64,000 bases of DNA, taken from contig CAWKNY010000003.1 of assembly GCA_963851035.1 (NCBI GenBank), positions 25,293-89,292 of the forward strand, read 5' to 3'. A model generated the notes under the pieces. The model saw nothing but the letters and a program-made list of their open reading frames with translations. It did no database searches and was not told where the DNA came from. The position numbers and the translations under genes are program-made. Numbering within the stretch: position 1 is the first letter of the stretch; every line of letters begins with the position of its first letter. Positions 1-9,606 of the stretch are shown one piece after another. The stretch comes from an uncultured Verrucomicrobiae bacterium (GTDB lineage Bacteria; Verrucomicrobiota; Verrucomicrobiia; Chthoniobacterales; Terrimicrobiaceae).

Positions 1-2682
1 CAGGCGCATCACGTTCCCTTGAATGTCATGTCCATACTTGCAGTCATTGAGGAGGGCGACGCCGTATCCGGCCTCGGAAAGCTCCGCCCATTTCTGAGCG
101 CAGACTTCGAATTTTCCCATGTCCCAGCTCGTGTTGGCGTGGGTCGGACGCTCGAGATGTCCAAATTGAATCTCATATGTCGCCTTTTGCGCATAGATCT
201 CCACCGGAAACGCGATCTTCAGAAGCTTCTGGCTCTCCTTCCATTCGACCTCTGTTGGGAAATCGATGCGAGGGGATCCGGCATTCAGGACGATCCGTTG
301 TTCGAGTCGAGATTTTCCGAAGGTTCGCACGATCCGTGCAACGGCGCGGAGTGGACCGGGCTCGACCAGTTCAAGCTTTTCCAATCCTTCGATGACCTCA
401 CACCGCTCCTTATAATAGATATCCACATCCCAGGCATCCCAGCGATCTGGAATGTCGCGATGCAAGTGGAAGACATTGGCCTGATCGCTTAATACTTCCC
501 GTCGGGCACGCAGATCGAGGATGCTGGCGATGTGTCCCCGGGGGTTGATCTTCACTCTAATGAGGCCGTTGTCGAGCGTGATGCCCTGGCGTGACTGCAC
601 CGCCTTGACTGGCTGGTCGGTTGAGCGGAGAAAACCGTCGGTTTGTTCCACGATTACATAGCCGAATGGAGGGACATCGACGCTCGCGAGCTCGCCATTC
701 GGAAGCTCAACAATTTCCCGTCGGCGAATGCCCAACGTGTTTGCGACCAGGACCGGCCGTTTGAACGACGAGGTATCGAGCAGCTTCCCAAGGGTGGAAA
801 GCGCCGACTCGCGCACAGATTCTCCGAGCTGGCGAATTGTCTCATAGTCGCGCTGGCTGTCCTGATAGACCCAGTGGATCGAAGAGCCGGGAATAATATC
901 GTGGAACTGATTGAGTAAAAGTAGCTTCCAGGCTCGCTCCAGGGCCGTCCGGTGGTTTCGCGGATGCGACTTTTCAAGGCCCGTGACGTCATAGACGGCG
1001 CGTTCGGGATCGTCGACCGATTCCTTGCGGTCCGGCGCCAGAGCCAGCGTTACTGCGTCAAAAAACTCCGCGTCGTGCAGGAGGAGCTCGGATTTACGGT
1101 TGCCGCGCTTATTTTTTGCCTGGCTGGTGTAGGTGCCGCGATGGAGCTCAAGGTAGAGTTCGCCGACCCAGACGGCAGGATCTTTTGCGTCGACCCTGGC
1201 CTTCTCGAAGAAGCGGATAGCTTTTTCCTGTTCCAAGCGCGGCAAGCCGTCAAAATCCCGCGCCCGCCGGGCCTTCTCGAGCATCTCGATACTGGGACCG
1301 CCCCCTCCGTCGCCCCAACCGTAGACCAGCAACGATCTGGTGGCGCGGTCGAGTTCCTTAAAATTCTGGACATTGCGGACGAGTTGGTCCGGGCCTGTGT
1401 CCGCATTGTAAGTGTCCGCGGGCGGGAAGTGCGAAAAGATGCGGGTGCCGTCGATTCCTTCCCACAGGAAGGTATGGTGGGGAAATTTGTTGAACTGATT
1501 CCAGGAGATCTTCTGGGTCAGGAAGTACTCGATGCCGCTCTGTCGCATAATCTGCGGCAGGGAAGCCGCGTACCCGAAGACGTCCGGAATCCACACATCC
1601 CGGGTTTCGTAGCCGAGCTCCTTCTCGAAAAATCTCTTGCCAAGCAGAATCTGGCGAACGAGCGATTCGCCGGAAACGAGATTGCAATCCGTCTCGACCC
1701 ACATCGAGCCGACCGGTTCCCATTGGCCGCGTCGAACGGCTTTTTTAATGCCCGCCCAGATCTCGGGATAATACGTCTTCATCCACGCGTACTGCTGCGC
1801 CTGCGAACACACGAAGACATAGCCGGGGTACTTTTCCATGTAGTTAAGCGCCGTGGAAAACGTTCGGGCGCATTTACGGATTGTCTCCCGGAGCGGCCAG
1901 AGCCAGGCGGTGTCGATGTGTGCGTGGCCGACGGCGGAAACCGTGTGCACCGTATCGCCGTTTCGACGGCGTATCGGGCCACGCAGCGCGGCGGCGGCGC
2001 GCTTGATGGTGGTGGGATCGTCGTGGTCGAACTCGTTGGCCGATTCATTGAGGGCGTAGCGCAACTCTGCGCGGCGTTGGGAGTTTTCCGGCAGCGCGTC
2101 CATGGCTTCCGCGGCGAACTTGAAATCAAAGTAGAAATCGAACGCCTCGGGGTTCTTGCAGGCAAGCTCGGCCTGCTCGAGCTGGAAGAGCGGCTTGCCA
2201 TTGTAATCGGGAAGGTTAAGGCCGATGGTATCGCCTGTCGGATTCGTCCCGCCGTTGGCCGCGGCTTCGACAAAAAACTCGAAGCGCTCACCACCCTTTG
2301 CCTTCGCGGTGATCTCGACCTCACGGCGGTTGAGATTCACGGCGCGGACGAGGCGACCATGCTGGTAGATCGCCCCCTCCGCAGCGAAACCCTCCGGGCC
2401 CAAACTCGTCAACCGCACCAGAGCGACAACCTCGCGTCCCTTCCAATCCTCCGGGACTTGGCCTCGAAAGCGAAACCAAACCGTATCCCAGAGCGATCCC
2501 CACATCTCTCCCACAGAAAACGACGTGTACTTCTCCCTGAAAGCTCGCTCGGGAGGAACCGGCTCTCCATGCACAGGCCAGGCGGCAATTTCGATCGGAG
2601 CCGTCGGCCAATAAATGAGCTTTCCAATGCGTTCAAGGGTCTGCCGGATCCGGCTTTCGGTGAGAAGAGGGTGTTTGAGCAT
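1..2682 (-). CDS. GH38 family alpha-mannosidase, 3' end outside the window
   Basis: The frame runs off base 1 with no stop, so it is absent from the M-to-stop ORF track. My minus-strand translation from the ATG at 2682-2680 is open for 894 codons. It contains GH38-type motifs (SAVGHAHIDTAWLWPLRET, WVETDCNLVSGESLVRQ, YGWGDGGGGP). The 609-aa plus ORF 952-2781 is its antisense shadow. Confidence 0.85.
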   Translation of the reverse strand, partial: MLKHPLLTESRIRQTLERIGKLIYWPTAPIEIAAWPVHGEPVPPERAFREKYTSFSVGEMWGSLWDTVWFRFRGQVPEDWKGREVVALVRLTSLGPEGFAAEGAIYQHGRLVRAVNLNRREVEITAKAKGGERFEFFVEAAANGGTNPTGDTIGLNLPDYNGKPLFQLEQAELACKNPEAFDFYFDFKFAAEAMDALPENSQRRAELRYALNESANEFDHDDPTTIKRAAAALRGPIRRRNGDTVHTVSAVGHAHIDTAWLWPLRETIRKCARTFSTALNYMEKYPGYVFVCSQAQQYAWMKTYYPEIWAGIKKAVRRGQWEPVGSMWVETDCNLVSGESLVRQILLGKRFFEKELGYETRDVWIPDVFGYAASLPQIMRQSGIEYFLTQKISWNQFNKFPHHTFLWEGIDGTRIFSHFPPADTYNADTGPDQLVRNVQNFKELDRATRSLLVYGWGDGGGGPSIEMLEKARRARDFDGLPRLEQEKAIRFFEKARVDAKDPAVWVGELYLELHRGTYTSQAKNKRGNRKSELLLHDAEFFDAVTLALAPDRKESVDDPERAVYDVTGLEKSHPRNHRTALERAWKLLLLNQFHDIIPGSSIHWVYQDSQRDYETIRQLGESVRESALSTLGKLLDTSSFKRPVLVANTLGIRRREIVELPNGELASVDVPPFGYVIVEQTDGFLRSTDQPVKAVQSRQGITLDNGLIRVKINPRGHIASILDLRARREVLSDQANVFHLHRDIPDRWDAWDVDIYYKERCEVIEGLEKLELVEPGPLRAVARIVRTFGKSRLEQRIVLNAGSPRIDFPTEVEWKESQKLLKIAFPVEIYAQKATYEIQFGHLERPTHANTSWDMGKFEVCAQKWAELSEAGYGVALLNDCKYGHDIQGNVMRL

Positions 2683-2851
2683 GCGAAATGCGCAAAACTA
2701 GTTCGCCGGCCATCACTGTCCAGCAGCTTTGTGCGCAATAGCGCGCGCAGTTCGTCGGGACGTCGAGTGCGGACCAAGTGATCCACGCTCGGCCATCATC
2801 GAAAAAGCGGAATCCTTCTCGGCCGATGCAAGCGCCCTTGGACGCGCGTAG

Positions 2852-3541
2852 TCACTTAGACAGGAGCAGCGACGCGATCTGCCGGCGGAAAAGCACCGAG
2901 CCACCACTTGCGGGGTGCCGCACGACTCCCGCCGACGGAAGTTGTGAGGCGGCAACGCGGCCCACAGCCACGACACGTGCACAGGCAAAAAGATCGAGAA
3001 ATATCTTGAGCACGGGTGCGCCTGTTCCCAATTCGGCAGTCGTCGGCGTCCGATTGCTCAGCATGCCGACGCGCGAATCGAACGAATGCCACGGAAACGC
3101 ATTCCACAGCACGAACTGATCGCCAGGCACACCGAGGCGGAACAGCGTATTCCAGACGATGCTTGCTGTCGGCTCAGAAAAACCGCGCGGAGCTCTCCCC
3201 ACTCTGCTTGTCCGCCGCGGCTCTATCGCCGAAAAAACGTCGCATTGAGCAGCGCCCTTTTTTGCGGTTAAAAGAATCCGCTCGGAAGTCATTGCAATGC
3301 CCGTAAAATGGCCGCCTCGGTAGCCGAGCGCCTCTCCTATTAGCGCCAGCTGAGCCTTACCGATGCGCTCCGACAAGTACGCCCGCAGCTGCTCTCGCCG
3401 GATGCCCGGAGCTTGCGGACCAATATCGTTCGCGGCGTCAACCTGCCACCACGGGTTGAAGACAGCACCTCGCGGAGACGATTTCAACAGACTCAAAAGC
3501 CGTTCGATAGACTCGTCGCTGTCCTTTTTTGTCAGGGGCAT
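2852..3541 (-). CDS. Uracil-DNA glycosylase superfamily protein (family 4/5-like)
   Basis: 229-aa ORF with UDG-superfamily motifs: GEALGYRGGHFTGIAMTSE, WNAFPWHS and C-terminal HPASGG. Confidence 0.7.
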   Translation of the reverse strand: MPLTKKDSDESIERLLSLLKSSPRGAVFNPWWQVDAANDIGPQAPGIRREQLRAYLSERIGKAQLALIGEALGYRGGHFTGIAMTSERILLTAKKGAAQCDVFSAIEPRRTSRVGRAPRGFSEPTASIVWNTLFRLGVPGDQFVLWNAFPWHSFDSRVGMLSNRTPTTAELGTGAPVLKIFLDLFACARVVAVGRVAASQLPSAGVVRHPASGGSVLFRRQIASLLLSK

Positions 3542-3647
3542 GAAATCCTATGACCAGAACGTTATGCGAGTTTGAAATTGGACTCTATCGTTGAGTCAAA
3601 TTGACCGCCAAGCCCACGGTTTCGCACTACGCTCCGCAGTCTCGACA

Positions 3648-4154
3648 TCAGAAGATCGGATTCTGTGGTGCCAGGCCAAGCCTGACCCGCCCCGCGGCCT
3701 CCAGCCACAGCGGTGAGAAAATCACGTGCTGCATGACCGCGTGGATGTCTCGATGCGCCCGCTCGATAGGACAGTCGACATATAGCGTGGAGGTGCCCGC
3801 GGCCTCATACATGGACCTCACCACGGCCTTTGAAACGTGCGCGGCGTGGTGGCCACTCTCCCACATGCCTGCGCGATGCCTGTCCGTCACCGCCATCCCT
3901 TGAGTGCACGCGGCCCACACGTCGGCCACCGCCTCGTGAAGCAGGAGTCGCGCTGAAGCCAGGTTCGCCGATGCCGAAGCCACCATTACTTGAAGTGCTG
4001 GGCGATCCCGCATCGCGGGAAACGGATCAACCTGGACCTTTGACGCCGCCAACTCGAGCAGGGTGTCGGTCGCCGCCTGCGCGATCCCCAAGCAGAAGCG
4101 CCGCAACTTACACACACTGTGCGGCTCTTCGTCTCCGGCAAAGTAAACGAGCAT
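3648..4154 (-). pseudogene. C-terminal-domain fragment of an acyl-CoA dehydrogenase-fold flavin enzyme
   Basis: The 168-aa ORF matches only the C-terminal helical domain (LGIAQAATDTLLELAASK, ERAHRDIHAVMQHV). An in-frame stop lies a few codons upstream. Only ~280 nt remain before secA, so the N-terminal and middle domains (~200 aa) are missing. Confidence 0.55.
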
Positions 4155-4430
4155 CGAATGCGCCTGGCGGTAGGATTCGCCCGAATGACGTCAATGGCAT
4201 TTGCTGCGGGGTTCATCGGTGGTCGGGCATGAAGTGGAAAGGTGTCCGATATTGTCGACGAAACGAAACAGAACGAACAGCCTTCGTCCCAGAGTTCACC
4301 GGATGCGACTGGTAGCGGCGTAGCAGCGCGAACATAAAGATTTTGCGACGGCTTCGACCCGCAGCTCGCCTCAGAATTGCGGTGGACTTTTGGTGGCTTC
4401 GGCTATTGATTTGGGTCTCGGATCGCTTTC

Positions 4431-7406
4431 ATGTTCAATTGGATTCTCAAGACCATCGTCGGCTCGAAAAACCAGCGCGAGCTGCGCCGCATTCAGCCTA
4501 TCATCCAGCAAATCAACGCAATAGAACAGACACTGGGAGAGCTCTCGGATGATGCCTTGCGAGCCAAAACCGCTGCCTGGAAGGAGGAGATTTCCGCCAT
4601 CACCGATTCGAGCGCGCTCGCCGCGCGACTTCAGGAGATTCTGCCCGAAGCGTTTGCGGTGGTGAAGCAGGGCGCTCGCCGTCTCACCGATCGCAAGCAC
4701 ACATTTACGGTCTGCGACCAGCCGACCACTTGGGCAATGGTGCATTTCGACGTCCAGCTCATCGGCGGAGTCGTGCTTCATCGCGGCCGCATTGCCGAGA
4801 TGGCCACGGGCGAAGGCAAGACCCTTGTGGCCACGGCGCCGGTCTATCTGAATGCTTTGAGCGGGCGGGGGGTTCATGTGGTGACCGTGAACGACTATCT
4901 GGCCCGGCGCGATGCCGAGTGGATGGGCCAGCTCTATGCCTTCCTGGGACTTACCGTCGGAATCATCCAGCACGATCAACCGCCGGATCTCCGCCGCGCC
5001 CAATACGAATGCGACATCGCCTACGGCACCAACAGCGAGTTTGGATTCGACTATCTGCGCGACAATGGCATGGCCACGAGCCGCGACCAGCAGGTGCAAC
5101 GCTCGCACTACTACGCCATCGTGGACGAGGTGGACTCGATCCTCATCGACGAAGCCCGCACCCCGCTCATCATCAGCGGACCGGCCACCATCTCGACCCA
5201 CCAGTACGACCGCTTCAAACCGCTCGTCGAACAGCTCGTTCGCAAACAGACGATGCTTTGCAATCGGCTCTCCACCGAGGCGAAGGAGCTCTACGATGCC
5301 GGGAAAAAGGATGAAACCGGGCGCATGTTGTTCAAGCTCAAGCTGGGCCAGCCGCGCAACAAAGGGCTCTTGCGCATGATGGAAGATCCTGAACTGCGCA
5401 AGTTGATCGACAAGGCAGAGCTCGAATTCTACAAGGACACGGACGGCAAGGCAGCGCTGGTCGAGCTCAAGGAGGAGGTGTTCTTCACGATCGAGGAGCG
5501 TCAGCATGACGCGGATCTTACCGAAAAGGGACGCGACTTCCTCAATCCTGACGACCCCGACGCATTCGTTCTTCCCGACCTGTTAACGGAGTTCGCCGAC
5601 ATCGACAACAAACCGGGCCTCAAAGATGCCGAGAAGGCCCAGCAAAAGGCGGCCCGACAGCAATACTGCGACGCTCAGGCCGAGCGTATCCACAATATCT
5701 CACAGCTCCTCAAGGCCTACTGCCTGTACGAGAAGGACGTCGAGTACGTCGTCGAAGATAACAAGGTCATCATTGTCGATACCTTTACCGGACGCAAAAT
5801 GCCCGGGCGCCGGTGGAGCGATGGACTTCACCAAGCCGTTGAGGCCAAGGAAGGCGTGCAGATCGATCGCGAAACGCAGACGCTCGCGACCATCACGATC
5901 CAAAACTACTTCCGTCTCTACGAGAAGCTTGCCGGAATGACCGGCACCGCCGAAACCGAAGCCAACGAGTTTCACGACATCTATCGGCTCGATGTCAATG
6001 TCATCCCGACGAATCGCCCGGTCCGCCGCCTCGATGAAAATGATCGAATATACAAGACGCGGCGCGAGAAATATAACGCGGTGATCGATGCGATCAGGGG
6101 AGCCCACGGCCAGGGACAGCCGGTGCTCGTAGGCACCGCCAGTGTGGAATCCAGCGAATTGCTCAGCCGCATGCTCAAGCTGCAGAAGATTCCCCATACC
6201 GTGCTCAACGCGAAGTTCCACATGCAAGAGGCTGAAATTGTCGCCCGGGCCGGTTTGAATGGCTCGGTGACCATCTCGACGAACATGGCCGGTCGTGGCA
6301 CCGACATCAAACTCGGCGAGAGAGTCGCCGACGTGGGCGGCCTCTACGTTATCGGCACGGAGAGGCACGAATCCCGCCGCATCGACCGCCAGCTCCGCGG
6401 CCGGTGCGCGCGCCAGGGCGACCAGGGCATCTCCCGCTTTTATGTGAGTTTCGAGGACGATCTCATGCGCAACTTCGGCGCGAGCGACCGGATGACCAAG
6501 ATTATGGAAACCTTCGGTCTTAAGGAGGGCGAAGAACTCGAGCACCCCTGGCTTAACAAGAGCGTCGAGACCGCGCAGAAACGGGTCGAACAGCGCAACT
6601 ACATGATCCGGCGGCGCACCCTCGAGTTCGACGACGTGATGAACCAGCAGCGCGAAGTCATCTACGGATATCGCCAGGAGGTGATGGATTCCGAGAATCC
6701 GCGCGAGCTTGTCTTCGAGGTCATCGATGAGATGGTGCCCAAGAAAGTCGCCGAATACCTTGAACAAACCGATAGCGAAGAGCCGGACCGCCAAGGGTTA
6801 CTCAACTGGGTGAACACTACGTTCCCGCTCGGTCTCTCCGCCAAGAAGGCCGGCCTTGAATCACGTTCCGTGGAGGAAAATAGCACCTGGCTCGTCCAGG
6901 TTATCAAAGACGCTTACAATCGAAAGGCTTCGATGGAACACGCCGAAGCCCTGCGCGGCCTCGAGCGATTCGTCATCCTGAATGCGGTTGACCGTCTCTG
7001 GCAGGAGCACCTCTACGCCATGGATGGCCTGCGCGAAGCCGTCTACCTGCGGGCCTTCGCTCAAAAGGATCCGCTCGTCGAATATAAGAATGAGGCTTTC
7101 GCGATGTTTGGCGAGTTGATGGACAACATCAAACTCGAAGTTCTGAACAACTTGTTCCGCAGCACGACCAACCTCCAGGCCTTCGAAACCCTGCTCCGCA
7201 GTTTGCCTCAAAATCTCATCCAGGCCGATATCCCCGGGCTCTCCCGTCCCGAGCAGGCCGCTTCGCTCGCGGAAAAAAATGACGAGCCCCAGGCCCCGAA
7301 AATTGAGCTTCCCATCAAGCGGGAGCTCCCGAAGGTCGGCCGCAATGACCCCTGCCCGTGCGGGAGCGGCAAGAAATTCAAGAACTGTTGCGGTCGGACG
7401 GCCTGA
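4431..7406 (+). CDS. secA: Preprotein translocase ATPase SecA
   Basis: 991 aa with canonical SecA sequence throughout ([44 protein letters not shown]). C-terminal SEC-C zinc motif [14 protein letters not shown]. Confidence 0.98.
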   Translation: MFNWILKTIVGSKNQRELRRIQPIIQQINAIEQTLGELSDDALRAKTAAWKEEISAITDSSALAARLQEILPEAFAVVKQGARRLTDRKHTFTVCDQPTTWAMVHFDVQLIGGVVLHRGRIAEMATGEGKTLVATAPVYLNALSGRGVHVVTVNDYLARRDAEWMGQLYAFLGLTVGIIQHDQPPDLRRAQYECDIAYGTNSEFGFDYLRDNGMATSRDQQVQRSHYYAIVDEVDSILIDEARTPLIISGPATISTHQYDRFKPLVEQLVRKQTMLCNRLSTEAKELYDAGKKDETGRMLFKLKLGQPRNKGLLRMMEDPELRKLIDKAELEFYKDTDGKAALVELKEEVFFTIEERQHDADLTEKGRDFLNPDDPDAFVLPDLLTEFADIDNKPGLKDAEKAQQKAARQQYCDAQAERIHNISQLLKAYCLYEKDVEYVVEDNKVIIVDTFTGRKMPGRRWSDGLHQAVEAKEGVQIDRETQTLATITIQNYFRLYEKLAGMTGTAETEANEFHDIYRLDVNVIPTNRPVRRLDENDRIYKTRREKYNAVIDAIRGAHGQGQPVLVGTASVESSELLSRMLKLQKIPHTVLNAKFHMQEAEIVARAGLNGSVTISTNMAGRGTDIKLGERVADVGGLYVIGTERHESRRIDRQLRGRCARQGDQGISRFYVSFEDDLMRNFGASDRMTKIMETFGLKEGEELEHPWLNKSVETAQKRVEQRNYMIRRRTLEFDDVMNQQREVIYGYRQEVMDSENPRELVFEVIDEMVPKKVAEYLEQTDSEEPDRQGLLNWVNTTFPLGLSAKKAGLESRSVEENSTWLVQVIKDAYNRKASMEHAEALRGLERFVILNAVDRLWQEHLYAMDGLREAVYLRAFAQKDPLVEYKNEAFAMFGELMDNIKLEVLNNLFRSTTNLQAFETLLRSLPQNLIQADIPGLSRPEQAASLAEKNDEPQAPKIELPIKRELPKVGRNDPCPCGSGKKFKNCCGRTA

Positions 7407-7424
7407 GACGGCGGATTTAACCCC

Positions 7425-7610
7425 CAGAGAACACCGAGGTAAGGCAATGGGCACTCGGTGCCTTGTGCTGAAGGCAGCGGGGCTTGCGATGATGTAAAGT
7501 TAAGCCACGGATTTACCCTGCGAAAAACAGAGAGCGGCTTGCTTTGAGTCCAATCTACGTAGGCTTGCAAAGCCTGGATCGGTTTTTCTCGGTGTGCTCT
7601 GTGTTCTCTG
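7425..7610. repeat. Long-range imperfect inverted repeat plus local hairpins in the secA / S8-peptidase intergenic region
   Basis: cagagaacaccgag (7425-7438) is nearly complementary to ctcggtgtgctctgtgttctctg (7588-7610). Local hairpins: caccgag..ctcggtg (7432-7460) and aggctt-gca-aagcct (~7560-7575). Confidence 0.5.
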
Positions 7611-7637
7611 CGGTAAAGATCTAAGTTTCGATCACCG

Positions 7638-8531
7638 TCAGTTAGCGTAGACCCTTCGCAGCAGGGCCTTGAGCAGGAGCGGGTCCCGTATCGGATGGAC
7701 CGAGAGCAGCCGCGCAACGATTCCCGTCATGACTGCCGCAGCGAAACTGCTCCCCGACATGGAACGATGTGTGCCATCTTTCCACGGCACATCGGGATCG
7801 ACGGCGGCGGTAAACTCCACCATCCGGCCTGCGGAATAAGAAATGTCTGTTCCGTATGTATCAGGCTCGGCACAGTCGACCCCCAGGACGCTAGAAAAGT
7901 GCGCGGGCCATTCAGGTTCGTCGCCATGCGAGGCCGCAACCACATGAATACCCTTGAGCAAGGCCTGGTCTGTCCAGTCCTTGTAGAGGGACAAGTGACC
8001 GGAAATTCCGCACGCAAAACTGCAGTTCACAACGTCGAATCCTCTCCGAACGGCTTCGTTCGCCGCAAGCCAAACCTGGGCGGTGCGTCCGACCAGCTTT
8101 GGCCCAAGCACACGGAAGCTGGTTATTCCCGCCTCCGGGGCAATTTTCCAGATGATCCCGGCGACCGCCGTGCCATGACCATAGATGTCCTCACCGTTGC
8201 CCTCGGCGAACTGCCCGAAGTCCTCATTGTCCATAATAAGATCGTCGTCGAGCTGCCGGCCCTGGAAATCGGGATGCCCGATCTCGATGCCGGAATCGAG
8301 GACGGCAATGCGGACGCCGGAGCCGTCGCCATCTTTAATGGCTTCCGCGGCTTGTTCCGGGCTGATCCAGTCGTCGATTACGCTCTTTTCGATTCGCCCC
8401 GGCAACACGTCTTCGAATAACATGTCTCGAAGGGTTTGAGAAAAGGACGGTTGAGCGGGCGGCGCGTGGAAAGCCCTGCTGCCATGGGACCCCCTCCGAT
8501 ACGGTGAAACTGTCCTTCGAAGTCTATTCAT
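7638..8531 (-). CDS. S8 (subtilisin-like) serine peptidase, no obvious signal peptide
   Basis: Asp/His/Ser triad contexts IAVLDSGI, YGHGTAVAGII and MSGSSFAAAVMTG. The N-terminus is Arg-rich and not hydrophobic. Confidence 0.8.
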   Translation of the reverse strand: MNRLRRTVSPYRRGSHGSRAFHAPPAQPSFSQTLRDMLFEDVLPGRIEKSVIDDWISPEQAAEAIKDGDGSGVRIAVLDSGIEIGHPDFQGRQLDDDLIMDNEDFGQFAEGNGEDIYGHGTAVAGIIWKIAPEAGITSFRVLGPKLVGRTAQVWLAANEAVRRGFDVVNCSFACGISGHLSLYKDWTDQALLKGIHVVAASHGDEPEWPAHFSSVLGVDCAEPDTYGTDISYSAGRMVEFTAAVDPDVPWKDGTHRSMSGSSFAAAVMTGIVARLLSVHPIRDPLLLKALLRRVYAN

Positions 8532-8709
8532 AACTTCGTTGCGCTTTCGATTCGTAGCTAATATTGCGAAGGCCGCGCTAAGAGGGAAATGGGCTTATCT
8601 CAATCCGGCGAAGTTCTCTCTGAAATGGGCGGGCAAACCCGTTTAGGGGACGTTTTTCCATCGGATATGCCTTGCTTAAGGTGTAGTCGGGTCCGCTTCC
8701 AGCAGTTAT

Positions 8710-8857
8710 CAGGGTATTTTGCAAGATGCAGTCGTGGTTCATCTTATTAAAAAGGCAACGGGAGCGCCGAGTTTCAGAGTTTCGCGGCGACTGGGAGCAA
8801 CTTGTCTTCTATGCGGCACGAAGACGCCCGGTCCTCCTGAACCATATTCCCAAAGAG
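8710..8857 (+). repeat. Copy 1 of a ~140-nt conserved element (candidate structured RNA, leader or miniature mobile element)
   Basis: Aligns by eye with the reverse complement of 31424-31561. Shared blocks: cagggtattttgcaag, a 26-nt identical block aaaggcaacgggagcgccgagtttca, and gcccgg(g)tcctcc(t/c)gaacca. A variable, indel-containing middle segment separates them. Confidence 0.7.
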
Positions 8858-8874
8858 CTAGCCGGATACCCTGC

Positions 8875-9606
8875 TCAATTGACCTTTTCCTGCAGGGAGA
8901 CACGCACGCGATTGATGGCGGTGCGGCCAAGCAGCACGGGCTCCTTGCGCCCGGTGAGGCGCATCTGACCCTCATCCCGATCGATGATCTTGACTTCCAG
9001 AAGATGGGTGAGGTTGACGACAATTGAGCGATCGAGCCGCACAAACAAGCTATTGGGCAGACGCCTTTCCCATTGGTTGAGAGTCCGGTAGACGAGGAAT
9101 TCTTTGCCGTCGCTCAGGACCACGGTCGAATAGTTCCCCTCCGCCATGATGCAGATGATTTGGCGAAGCGGAACCATGCGCAGGGTGCGCCCATCCTGCA
9201 AGAAAATGGCGTCCCCGGCCTCGAGAGGATCATCGGCGCCTGGGTCCAGGCCCGAACCGCTGAGGACACGCTTCAAGGCCAGGGCGAGCCGGTCGGCGAA
9301 CACCGGCTTCATAAGGTAGTCGATGGCGTTCACCTCGAAAGCCCGCAAGGCGAATTCTTCATGCGCGGTCACAAAAACAATCTTCGGCACCGGACTAAGC
9401 TTTGGGAGAAGATCAAAGCCCGTCGCCCGCGGCATTTGCACGTCCAGAAACAACAGTCCAGGCTGCAACCGGTCGCAGATCTCGGCGGCTTCTGCGACGC
9501 TCGAGGCTTCGCCGATGATTTCGATCTGCGGATGCTCAGCGAGCAGTCGCCGCAGGTGTTTGCGAGCGGGCGGCTCATCATCGATGATCAAGGTGCGCCA
9601 GGTCAT
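8875..9606 (-). CDS. LytR/AlgR-family response regulator (REC + LytTR)
   Basis: Sensible start is MTWRTLIIDDEPPARKHL at 9606. The first 94 aa of the 337-aa track ORF are a spurious extension. REC motifs (LLFLDVQMP, IVFVTAH) and a LytTR C-terminus are present. ATGA overlap with the upstream kinase at 9603-9606. Confidence 0.9.
   Translation of the reverse strand: MTWRTLIIDDEPPARKHLRRLLAEHPQIEIIGEASSVAEAAEICDRLQPGLLFLDVQMPRATGFDLLPKLSPVPKIVFVTAHEEFALRAFEVNAIDYLMKPVFADRLALALKRVLSGSGLDPGADDPLEAGDAIFLQDGRTLRMVPLRQIICIMAEGNYSTVVLSDGKEFLVYRTLNQWERRLPNSLFVRLDRSIVVNLTHLLEVKIIDRDEGQMRLTGRKEPVLLGRTAINRVRVSLQEKVN

Noticed and set aside
952-2781. 609-aa plus-strand ORF, the longest listed in the first 3 kb
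   Set aside because: The composition is typical of the antisense frame of a GC-rich gene (L/R/G/V/E rich, no motifs). The opposite strand reads as a clean GH38 mannosidase that the track omits because it runs off the window edge.
4371-6794. Minus-strand ORFs 4371-5507 (378 aa) and 5700-6794 (364 aa)
   Set aside because: Both lie entirely antisense to the unambiguous secA gene.
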